In this document: positions 49,924 through 64,000 of the stretch, piece by piece | How the letters are laid out: each line of letters begins with the position of its first letter | Position numbering within the stretch: the first letter of the stretch is position 1 | Origin: Blastocystis sp. Blastoise | Lineage: Eukaryota; Protista; Bigyra: Opalinata | DNA length: 64,000 nucleotides | Reading direction: 5' to 3' | Assembly: GCA_039096225.1 (NCBI GenBank) | Contig: JBBPEB010000017.1 | Coordinates: forward strand, 1-64,000 | Notes under the pieces: model-generated | The model's input: the letters and a program-made list of their open reading frames with translations, nothing else | Database searches by the model: none | What the model was told of the DNA's origin: nothing | Program-made: the position numbers and the translations under genes

Positions 49924-50856
49924 ATGTCCTATAAACAAGTTGATAAGGAGTAAGAGTTGAAGATGATTCTTTTAATTGAATCTTAATTAAAATTTTGTGT
50001 ATATAGTTTTCTGGAAGATCACTCTCTTCTAATAGACCAAAACAACAATGATAAGCGCTGTCTAAGAAAGTATCTTCATTCTAATTGTTTCTTTTTTCTA
50101 TATATAATATTTTTTTATGTACTGTCTGTGTTTTTATCACTAAACCGTCATTCTTAACTTATTAATATCTATATTTATGTTATTTTCTTATATATTATTC
50201 TATTTATATATATATAGAGATTGGAAAGAGTCAGTTCGTATAAACACATTAGAAATGATCTTCTTGCTAATAATTGTAATAACAGTACCTCTGTTTTGTA
50301 TATATAACAATAAAGTGATTGATTCTTTCAATTATCTAAGAGAACTCTTGTATATATATATATTATTTATTATTATTGTTATTGCTTTTATAATGAGAAA
50401 TAATAAATATAATATATATTATAATATCGTATAGTTGGGTATATATACGTCAGTCTACAATAATAATAATATTATCTATAGTTGGGTATATATACGTCAA
50501 TCTACATATAATATATATTATACTCAATTTGCATGGTGTGTTTTATTTTGTATTTTATCACCCGTTCTCACTTCTACTATTACTAAATACGTATATATAT
50601 GTATAATATGAATATTAAATATATTATTATTATTATATTATAATTCATAATTTAAATTATAATTTATATTATATTTTTTATTATTATTATTATATTCTAT
50701 ATTATATTTTATATTATAATTTGTATTATTATTTATATTATTATATATATTATTATGATTAAATAGGGTATTGGTACGGGGATCCCCGATTTGAGAGGGG
50801 TTTTTAACGGCATTGTTAACGACAATTATTTATCTCTCCGAGCGTCACTCTCAAGA

Positions 50857-50892
<36 letters not shown>

Positions 50893-51202
50893 TGTTGGTA
50901 ATATTTGTTGTCTTTTGGCGGGATTAGGTGGGGATTCTTTAGATAATGATATATATATATATTCTTCGTTCATATATACATGTATTAAACAATTCTCTAT
51001 TTCTTTATATATTGATAAGAAACGAGTACAACGTGTATATATATATATTATTATTGATTCTTTATTTATGTATAAAAAACAATGTTATTTTCTTTATATA
51101 TATATGCATTTATATAGATTCTGTTTTATGTATTTTTATGTGTTTTATATTCCCATACTCAAAGCTTTCTCTTCTCTCTCCTCTTCTCTATAGAGTTCTT
51201 AC

Positions 51203-51243
<41 letters not shown>

Positions 51244-51292
51244 TTCGGTTCTTTCAAAAAGGAATAATTAATGGACTGTTGTTAATAATATC

Positions 51293-51367
<75 letters not shown>

Positions 51368-51421
51368 TAACATATATATATATTAACTTTTCTTGTACTT
51401 CAAGTCTACAATGGAGACTCA

Positions 51422-51491
<70 letters not shown>

Positions 51492-51911
51492 TGTAAATTT
51501 TAATATCAGTTCCCTTCCGTCTTCTGATCTTCCCTCTCTTATTATATCCTTTATATATATATATATGATTATATATATATGATTATATATTTATATTATT
51601 TCTTAATGTATATACGTTACTCTATACTTTATTATCTTCATGGCTATTTGTGTTTATATATTCAAGTATATATATATAAGTTTACGTATATATCAATATA
51701 TAGTATTCTCAGTCATCTTTGTGTCTATTCCCGCGAATATATCATCCCTTTCACATCCAAAGTATTCTGGACAATTCTCACTATTCTTACTACATATCCA
51801 TTATATATATATATTAATATATATATATACAATACATAAATATATTCTTTAATTGAATATACATATATATCATTTATTTATTTACCTGGATCTCAAATGT
51901 CAGACAGAAAA

Positions 51912-51974
<63 letters not shown>

Positions 51975-52898
51975 TTCTTTCTTCTATGTTAAATTCTACT
52001 CTAATAACCCCCACTGACGCGCTTCCATCCCCCAAACCGTTATTCTATTCGAACTGGCTCCTTGGAACACTATTTATAAAGCTATTTACGTTACTATATA
52101 CAATCATTATTGATACACCATCTTCTTATATATATCCATCTATCTCAATTGGTATATATATATATACATGTATATATATATATATATAGGAGCATTATTG
52201 GGTCGTATTTTCTCTGTTTATATATATCCTTTTATTCCCTCTTTCCTCATTCCCGCCAATTCGAATCAAATCCCCGCGTATTTCTGGTCAGCTCTTGGTG
52301 CGTCATCATATTTGGCGGGAATTACCCAAGTATACTTTATAAGTTTTTTATTTTGTATATATATATATATATATATATAGATGTATTCCCCTTCATTCTT
52401 ATTCTTCTTTATATATCCATTTCACTCCTTTTCTATTTATATTATTGCTTGTAGTGTCATTGTTAAAATGTATATATATATATATATAAATACATTGGGT
52501 TTTTATTTACTACTATATATATATATATAGATGTACTACATATAAAGGCATCTCATTTTATTCATTTATTTCTTCTCAGAAATCGATTCCTTCTGTTATA
52601 TCGCCTCTAGCTCCTTCTTCTCCTCTGTACACATATCAATATACATCCATCAAACAACCTCCTTTTGTCATCTAATATCCTTATATATATACTATTTATA
52701 TATATAATTTATTTTCTACATGTATATATTAATATATATCCTTTATATATATACTTCTACATCGACATATAATGATATTTATATATATATAAAACGATAT
52801 GAACGACTCATTGAACATTTTGATGGTATATATATATTAATATTTTTACATATATATATATATAGTAAAAGATGTTTCACCCAAAGCCATTCGTAAGT

Positions 52899-52929
<31 letters not shown>

Positions 52930-53944
52930 CATATATATCTAGTTTCTTCTTTTCCCGCGCTAATTATGGAGGGGCAAAATTCGGATTCTCTTTCCGTATC
53001 TACTATAAAAATTCCCGCGGGGAATACTCAACATATGAATAAAGATATTGAATTACAAGCTGTACAAAAAGATTCTATTTCCATTGGAAAAACCGAAATG
53101 ACAAAAAATACAATAGATACAGACGCTATTTTATTGGATAAAAATAATTTCGCACACGTGTTCGATTCTATATATACAAACAATGATATATATATACCTA
53201 TATTAAATGACAAACAACATGTTCTTGGATATATACAGGTATATATATATTCATATAGTATTTCAACTCTTATATATAATATATAATATACTATTTTTAT
53301 TGATCATATATATATACAGTATTCCCTTTTAAAACAATGTACTTACCAATATATATATCCCTATATGAAAAATAATTGTATAAACAAATTATCTGAATAT
53401 ATCCTTCTATATATAATATATTAATATATACAATATATATATAATATATATATATATATAATAAATATATAAATACATATATATATACTCCTAAATCAAT
53501 TACATTTCAACATATTTGATGAAAACATATTATTCGATATTGATGTATATGTATATTCATATATATATATTATATATAGTATATATAAACATTATTATAT
53601 ATATATATAGTCCCTTCATTCAATTCCACGTGAAATAATTCGACTTCCAGGAATAGATGAAGAATCAAAAGTATATACAATGCCTGCTATTCCCGCGGTT
53701 ATGACACCGAAAACTACAGAACCTATAGATTCTATTTATAATGTATATATATATAATGACAATAATTCTTGTATATATATATTTATAATCTTCTTTTATA
53801 TACTTTTTATTTCTCTAGTTACATTGTTTGTGGAATAGTATTCCGGATTCCACAATTATTGTGACTAAGAATAATATATTTATTGGTATATATGTAAAGA
53901 CTGATTTGTGTTTATATATTGAACAATTTCAATATTATATGTAA
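49924..53944 (+). CDS. Highly divergent CLC chloride channel/transporter-like protein with CBS-like C-terminus
   Basis: [21 protein letters not shown] matches the GSGIPE motif; P..YIYPSISI|GALLGRIF; [13 protein letters not shown]; CBS-like IPILND..VLGYI and [10 protein letters not shown]. Confidence 0.7.
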
Positions 53945-55170
53945 TAATATTATTATATAACTATTACTATTTATTTATATATTCTTGACATATTTGAATA
54001 CTCTTATAATTTTTATATATATTTATTCTTGTAATTTTTAATTGATCTATTCTATACATATAATTAATTACTAATTAGTACTCATTATTTTTTATTATTT
54101 TTATTTTATTATGTAAATTAAAATCACTTCTAAAAACATATTTGTTTCTTAGTCTATTTCAAACAACTCACTATTGTTTAAATCTGTACTTTAACAATTA
54201 TATATTTCTATGTCTGTTACAATAAAAACATACGGACTGCTTAACAACATTTCATAAGTTTACTCAGAGATAGTCTCATATCAAACCATTAAAAAGAACG
54301 ATCTATCCTTCTATATCTACAGTCATTGATACAAACACATCAATTATTATTATTATTTTTTTGATTTCTCTCCATTATATGGGATTATATTAGAGTATAT
54401 TAAGCTATTTTAAAGTAATTACAAGTTTATGAAACCCTTCTTTGAGGAGAAACGCCATTTGCTCATTTATATTTAAAAAAAATCGTCACTAATGACTCTT
54501 AGAACATATACGTGAAACGATAAGGTGATATATTACTTATTGAGTGAATGAAAAGAATGAATAGATGAAGTGGGCAAAATGATCATTTGACCAACAGAGG
54601 TCTATAAGTGGAAAAAATAATAAAAATTGATTTATGAAAATAGATGCATAATAAAAAATAATGAATATCATTTATGAAATTGATATTATTTCGAACACAA
54701 GAAGAGTAGGAACAAACAAAATCGAGAAAAAAAGAACAAATTTGAACAACAAATTGGTGGTTAGGAACAAAAAGGAGCCAAAAATAATGGCCAGTATAAA
54801 AGTTTATGTACCAATATTCATCCAGCTGTGTAAATCCTTGTTTCGTGCGTCATCATTCTTCACAAGCATAGTTATCATACAAAAAACAATATTTTAAGAA
54901 TAATGTCTAGTTATCAAAAAACACTTATTCTTGAGAATCTGTGTTTATTTGGGTGAAAAACATTATCCACAGTAGATTGATTATTTTGACATTTTAGCAG
55001 TATTCATCAATAATTCCATGATTCTAAGCCTTTTTTCAGTCATAACAAAGCCAGCATTTGATCATCCTGAGCCAATCAATCGGATAGAATAAATATTGAT
55101 TATCAGATAATTTGTTTTTTTAACGAAATTAATTAATCACTTATTTAAAAAAATATATTTTCAACTTAAT

Positions 55171-57317
<2,147 letters not shown>

Positions 57318-59156
57318 CTATTCATTTCAATATATATTCTATATTCTTGAATATTCACGGGAATATCATAATACATAAACAGTTCTCTACTCTTGTACAA
57401 TACTTTTCCTTTATATATATTTATATATATTTATAACTACATTTGTATATTATAGTTTTATAAAAATTTATTTTTTTTTTCACTTTTATTTGTCTTCTTT
57501 GTTTTGCATATATATATAGATTTATATAGGTATATATTAGATTACATAAAAACTATTTTTTTTCATTTTCTTTTTTATATTTTTTCTTTTTACTATTATA
57601 TTTCTTTCCATCTCTATTCTTTATTTGTTTTTTATTTATCATTTTTTGTATTATTTGTTATTGTCCTCAATATATATATATATATATTTATATATATTTG
57701 TATTCTATTTTTTTCATATATCTATATTATTCAAATAATGTCTCTTATTATATATATAAAGTAATATATTGATGAATTCTTTTTCTCCTTTTTTTTAATA
57801 AAATTATATTATTATAAATACCAACATTACTATTCATTATATATATTTATAAAATAATATTCATTTGAAAATGTTTGAATTCTCTTTATATATATATATA
57901 TATATTATCTTATACAAACTATTATATACATAGTATTTTCTTTTCAATATTTTTTTTTCTATAGTAAAACCTGTCATTAATTATATTTTTCTATTCAATA
58001 TACTCTATATCTTATTATAAATGTATATTATTTTCAAAGTTTTCTTAATGTTTACAAAATTATTTTTGGTATGTTTTTTTAAATGTTTTTTTATAAATAT
58101 ATCTATATATATATATATTTCTGTTTATTATGTTTTTTAGATAAAGAAAGTTATTTGTTTTTTGTACTATTTATGTTATGAATTTAATATTATCGAAAAC
58201 ATATATTACTATTATACCTTTATATAAATAAACAAAAATATTATGCAATAATCATTTAAAAAGAACGTTTTAAATCTATTTTACTAATTCTAATTCAATG
58301 TTTCAATAAACATCATTTCTACTAGATAAATAATGAAAATAAAATTTAAAAAAAAGATATTATCCACAAAGAAAATGACACAAATTTCTACCTATATTTT
58401 TATTATATTATATTATATTATACTTCACAAAAAAAAAAGTGTAGAAATAACCAAAAATTGAAAAACTGCTTTCATATCATGCTAGATATATATCATATAT
58501 TTTAAACTTAATAATCTTATTGATATTTATCACTTTTCATCAATGAATTTATAACTATAAAAAATAACATTTAAGTATAAAAATAATCAAATGACAAGTG
58601 ATAAAAGTTTAAAAAATAAAAAACAATTGTATTTCTGAAGAACCCATGAAAAGAAAATCCCAAGGAAAATTCACATCGTTTTCTTTTTCTTCAGAAAAGA
58701 ATCAGACGTCTGGAAAAGATTATTTCTTAGTAAGAACTGATGCAAATACTACGGTTATTTTTTCAGTAAAAAAATAAATTCACGGCTATTTGTAAAATAA
58801 TAGTCTATATTTAGCTTTTTAGAAAGGTGGCATTCGTCTGTTTTTTTAAATCTCACGTTAAAATGACGAAGTGAAAGGAAACCATCAATTGCTAGAAATA
58901 AAAGAAATAGCTCACAAAAAATAAATTGATCTCTGATAATAACGATAGAACCGTGGTTTATAGGGTTTTTCATATGTTCAATATTTCTTTTTCTAGAAAA
59001 AGAAATTTGATAAGAAATTTCCTTAAATGCTCACTTTTTAAAAGAAAAGTACTGATTTTTTTGGTGCTTTTTAATCTTTTTGTGCAATATCAAGCCGTTT
59101 AATCATATAAATCTATATTCAATCTGTAATTCATCTTTTCTTATATTATTCTCTCC

Positions 59157-59806
59157 ATGGAAAAAGAACTCCCTATTCAGGATATCTTACCTGGAAATCA
59201 AATCAACAATATGGAGAATAATAAAAAAGAAACAATATATTCTTATGAAAACACAACTAGCCAAAACTCTTTGTTTCTAGATCACCAAAGTCAGAAAACT
59301 CCAGACAAATCAGACAGTGAACAATCAACCTCATCTACACAAAGTATTTTATGAACTAATCTTACGTCATCTGTTTTTTTAAATTTTATGAATACAATTA
59401 TTATAATTATAAAATATCCCTAATGCTCAGTCATTACTATTATACTCTCTATAATATAAAATAGTGGAATTATCGCAATCTCAATTGTCTGTGAAAAATG
59501 ATTCAAATAAGAATTCCTTACATAAATCTAAAGAATCAAATGAAAATGCATCACGATATCAAAAATGTGGTCGATGGACATTAAATGATACAGAAAACTT
59601 TGTGAATAATGTATGGCTAAGTATTGCGCAGAACAAAGTACTTACATCAAATGATTTATCTTCTTTTTTATCAAGTCGCGATTTAAATCGAATTTATCGA
59701 AAAATAGAATCATTATATAAAGAAAAATCATTGTTTTGGCTAAATGGTGAAGACACAAAATTACTTCAATTATTTAAAGAAAATCAAAATATAAATGATA
59801 TAGCTA

Positions 59807-59856
<50 letters not shown>

Positions 59857-60463
59857 TTGTACTATTTATAGTTATATATTATAATTCTCTTTTTAGGTAT
59901 TATATTTTTTGTAAATACTTTATTTTTTACATATATATATATATATTGTCTTTTTCATTATTGTTATTATTGTTAATATTAATATATATAGGAAATGGAT
60001 AAAAAGGCAAGAATATGTTCGTTTCGTTTTAACTTTTTACAAAGAAATGTATATAATTATATTCTTCACATATTTATAATCATAATACTTTATTTAAAAA
60101 CATTATTCATAGAATATATAATATATATTTAATATATTATATATAATATATAATATAATATATATTATCTATTATATTTAGCCTTCTTGTCATTCAACAA
60201 TAATAAGATTACCTCCAAATCATTTCTTTTCTATGTTTAAAGATTATACCATGTTTTTAAAACAGAATTCTTATCAAAGAAATCGTAGAAAAACGTATAT
60301 TATTTCACGTTCTGGTTCTCCTCTCAATCAAGAAAATCACAAATTTGTATCATCTTCAACTAAAAATAATATTCATTCGGAAAATAACTCCCACTATGGA
60401 CATTTTTTCAGGTTTCTGTCAAAAGGTCCAACGACTTTTTTGTTTTGGTTTCCCCAGTGGTGA
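59157..60463 (+). CDS. Myb/SANT-like repeat protein; 3' end runs into a repeat array
   Basis: GRWTLNDTENF and WLNGEDTKLLQL..IAT|EMDKKARICSFRFNFL; GT-AG introns. Confidence 0.6.
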
Positions 60464-60629
60464 GCAGTGAAAATTTTTAAATATGTAGCTGACAAAAGGT
60501 TATTTGATTTTTCTGTTTGGTTTCCCCAGTGGTGGAGCAGTGAAAAAATTTTAAAGGGTAGCTGACAAAAGGTCCAACGACTTTTTTGCTTTGGTTTCCC
60601 CAGTGGTGAGCAGTGAAATTTTTTGTCAG
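60416..60629. repeat. Three tandem 73-bp GC-richer units (CTGACAAAAGG..GGTTTCCCCAGTGGTGAGCAGTGAAA)
   Basis: Copies start at 60416, 60489 and 60562. Confidence 0.9.
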
Positions 60630-60789
60630 AGTTTCAGTGATTTTATAAAATCGAAAAGCAGTGCAAAAGTATGACGCACCTTAAAACAATAATTGGCGAA
60701 TAAAAATGGTTTTAAATATTCTCTATTTTTTCATTTATTGGTTTTTTTATTCTTTTTGTGGTGTAATAATAAACGATATAACAAAACAA

Positions 60790-61590
60790 ACAAATTAAAT
60801 ATTATCAAATAATCATAAAAACAAATAATAGAAAACAATAATAATAAATATATAAAAAAAAGATAATAAAACATATAATAAATAATATAATAAAATATAT
60901 ATAATATTTAATTTATAATATTTCAACCAGGACAGTTTCAGTCTTTAATTTGCATTTAAGCCTAAGCAACCTATATAAAGAGATGATATTAGTTAAGTAT
61001 TACTAATAATAATATATATATAACATTTTAAAATAATAATAAAATAAAAAATATATACCTTTTCTAATCATTACAAGACAGGCAAGGAATCAAAGACAAA
61101 GAACCATCCTATAAAAGATATATGATAAATAGTATAATGAATAAAACAATATAATTAAATATATATATATACTTTTTATAAACCATTCTCTCCAATTAAC
61201 AACAACGACAGCAACGGAACCCCTGGAAACCTATATAAAGATAGAGTAAGTTATATAATATAATAATATATAATAAAGTAAATTAATATAGAATAATAAA
61301 ATATAAATATATACATTAATGCTATATAAATATAAAGTGGGGTTAGTTATATAATATGTAATAGATAATATAGATGATATATACCTTCTTTTAACATTGA
61401 TTCCTTCCATTCTAGACCTAAAGAACCCATCTATAAGAGAGCCACGACCACACACAAGAAGGACCAGAACGTTTAAGGAGACCAGCAAGTGTCAAAACAC
61501 CAAGCAGAGACAGCTACTATAGAAAATGAATGAATAGAGTAGAAAAAATAAAATATAAAGAAACAGCAAACACCTACCATCATAATAGTA
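60790..61590 (-). ncRNA. Putative spliced non-coding (or micropeptide) transcript
   Basis: GC-richer blocks 61516-61385, 61230-61173, 61108-61059 and 60970-~60915. Internal blocks are bounded by ATAG acceptors and GTATAT donors; all frames contain stops; TGTTTGTT lies downstream. Confidence 0.55.
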
Positions 61591-63423
61591 TCATATATAA
61601 TAAAATAAAAATAAAATTTAATAATATATCATATTAATCATATAAGATATAATAAAATAAATATGTGATAAGTCATGTAGCATTTTGTTTTGTTATAAAA
61701 GGGTGTAATAGGAATTTAGAAGATATAGCTGAAATAATGAAAATAAACATGAATAATCTCATATCTACTAAATATAGAGAATCTTCATCATAAGAAAAAT
61801 GAATGGTTAAGAATAAAAGAGAAAGAAAAATTTTATTTCTATGAGGAAAATGGATATTGTTATTGTTATTTTCAATTTATCATAATTATCATAAGTAATA
61901 CAAAAATTGTTTTATTTTAAAGAATTATATAGTTATTTATCATTATATCATTTTATAATCAGTTTTGACTATGGAAGAGTGATTTTTATCCTTAATTGTC
62001 AAAATTATTTTTAGTATCACTCAGTAAGTATAAGTCTTTTAAAAAATAAATATAGGTTACAATACAGACTTATAGAGAAGACTCTGAAACTTCTATTTCC
62101 AGAATAAAAGTCATTTATATAATCCAGAATGATTGCCTGAATCATTATTTAAAGAATCAGTTTTATCACATATCTTCAATAAAATTATAAAATAAAGAAA
62201 ATGAAGATAAAAAGGTCTAGAGTCGAAAAATGTTATGAAATATTATCTTTTTAATGTATTTGTCCCGATTTTTTATTAATCTGTTATCATAATATGACAA
62301 AGAGAGTGGTAAAAACATTTTAAAAGTGAATTAAAGCAATAATTGGAATCAAGTTAAAGTCTTCTAATACCTTTAAATAGACTTGAAATACATAGAGTAA
62401 GCATTTTTTCATGCAAATAGTGTTTTTCATTTAAATAATATCAAAAACAAATCAAAATAGTATTTTATAATTACTCAGCAAGAACTTTTTCTAGTATTCA
62501 AGGACTTACTATTATCAAATATACGTATAAACAAACAAAAATCATATTTTATATATTTTTAGTTGAATAGTCGGAGTCGTGTTGATAGTTTATTATAAAA
62601 CAAATGCAAAAATCACTTTTTTGTCAAAAAAAGTCTTATATCGATATATAGTTTTATTCATAATTTATTTATTGTCTACAAACTCTGTGTATTCATTTTA
62701 AGTGATTTTTAGTAAAACTAAAATTATTTGAAATACATATTCTAATTTCGAAAATGACAAAAACATATTATATTACATATTTAGTGTTTAAATGAAGTTT
62801 AAAAGTTATTAAAATATCAATTAGTTAAAAAATATAAAATATTGAGAATCTCCATTTTTATGACTTGTCTTAAATCACGTTAAAGGTGTATAATTGAATA
62901 GTTGCATTGATTATTTGTATGATTCTAGTAATATTTTCTAAGAATTTTGTTTTTTAACAAGAATAAATTCTTAATTTATTGTTTATCAACTTAAAAATGT
63001 ATTTAAATGATTATTTTCTTGTGTAAAAGGGTATAGTGGTTATATGAAAAAAAAATTACGCAGAATCATTTGATAATATAATTTTGAAAAATGATAATTA
63101 TTATTTTGAACTAAACTAATTTTTCACATATACTCATTATAAAACGACTTGAATAATCTTTTGAGAAGATTATTTTGTTTTATAATACACTTAAGAAGTA
63201 ATTGAATGTTATTGTGTCTCTTTTTGTTAAAAAGATTATTTTGAATGCTATTTTTGATTGATCTATATATTATCAATGCATTCAATGATGAAATAAATAC
63301 ATATGTAAAGAAAAAATAGTAATTGATCTAATTTATCTTCATCTATTTGAATAGATAATTTTTGAAAAAATTAATATAATATAATTATTGATACCTATAT
63401 ATAAAGAATTAGTTATGTAATTG

Positions 63424-63492
63424 ACCTTAAGACAGGAATTGAACCTGTTTTCTATCATAAACTGATAGATACTTACCAATATAAGCTTAAGG
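63424..63492 (-). ncRNA. tRNA-like cloverleaf with perfect B-box; non-canonical
   Basis: 7-bp CCTTAAG/CTTAAGG stem, ACAGG-TTCAATT-CCTGT T arm, TCTATCA/TGATAGA arm, CTTA-TATTGG-TAAG D-like arm. Confidence 0.55.
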
Positions 63493-63754
63493 ATAATATA
63501 GAATAAAAATACATAAATGAAAGTAAAATAGTAGGAATAATGAGTCAGTATGATGTGTAAGGATATATTTATATATGTATAAGTGAAAAAGGATGCTAGA
63601 AGAAGGGAAAAGAAGTAAAAAAGAATAAAAGAGAAAGAAATATAAAGTAAATGAGATAGGGTCTTTAATTATTGAGATTAATAAAAAAAATGAAAAATAA
63701 TTTATAATAAATGACAAAGATAGATATATAGAGATCTATAATAATAAGGAATGC

Positions 63755-64000
63755 AGAAGAGAAGAGGATTAGAGGATAAAGAATAAGAAGAAGATAAGGA
63801 AGATAAGGAAGAAGATAAGGAAGATAAGGAAGAATAAGAAGAAGATAAGGAAGAAGATAAGGAAGATAAGGAAGAATAAGAAGAAGATAAGGAAGAATAA
63901 GAAGAAGAAAAGAAGAATAGGAAGAAGATAAGGAAGATAAGGAAGAAGAAGAAAAGAAGAATAGGAAGAAGATAAGGAAGAAGAAGAAGAATAGGAAGAA
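63755..64000. repeat. Purine-rich degenerate (GAA/GATAAG) repeat; probably the Ser-rich 3' end of a minus-strand CDS extending beyond the window
   Basis: The minus strand reads as poly-Ser interspersed with L/Y/F and stays open to a TAA at about 63702. Confidence 0.5.

Noticed and set aside
57320-59150. Hidden genes in long intergenic tracts (also 43600-45700 apart from the tRNA, and 61600-63400)
   Set aside because: No consistent exon chain or recognisable protein motif was found by eye.
60416-60629. CRISPR array or hammerhead ribozyme
   Set aside because: The would-be spacers are homologous to each other, the context is eukaryotic with no cas genes, and CTGACAA does not match the CUGANGA core.
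63469-63480. U1 snRNA 5' end (ATACTTACC)
   Set aside because: It lacks the following TG, the U1 stem-loops and an Sm site; it is the antisense of the tRNA-like element.

Overview
Very AT-rich (roughly 20% GC by eye), gene-dense eukaryotic (protist) DNA. It uses the standard genetic code and has many short spliceosomal introns (GTATAT...TATAG) filled with (TA)n/(ATT)n microsatellites. The expanded BTB-like family and the TGTTTGTT-like 3' elements recall Blastocystis/Opalinata, but this assignment is inference. About 21 multi-exon protein genes were reconstructed by hand. From 0.3-17.5 kb lies an accessory block: BTB-like protein, kinase-TLDc, UBL-GATase-like-vWA, UEV-kinase and a GT-A-like protein. 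Then come mostly housekeeping genes: AK6, DDX21, mS38, a histone-fold protein, a SUN-domain protein, FolD, WDR24, Serinc, an acid sphingomyelinase-like protein, PSMB3, UAF30-like, tRNA-Phe, CK2beta, a degenerate CLC, a Cys/His-domain protein and a Myb-like protein. Best leads: (1) a kinase / UBL-vWA / UEV-kinase cassette; (2) a palindromic GC-rich motif, WWCCC-RC-GGGAW, recurring inside exons in different frames; (3) six introns whose ends look overwritten by neighbouring exon sequence; (4) a spliced, apparently non-coding and structured RNA at about 61 kb; (5) a non-canonical tRNA-like cloverleaf at 63.4 kb; (6) a 73-bp repeat array behind a Transib-like CACTATG end. Most short ORFs in the supplied track are microsatellite artefacts. 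Gene coordinates are spans that include introns.
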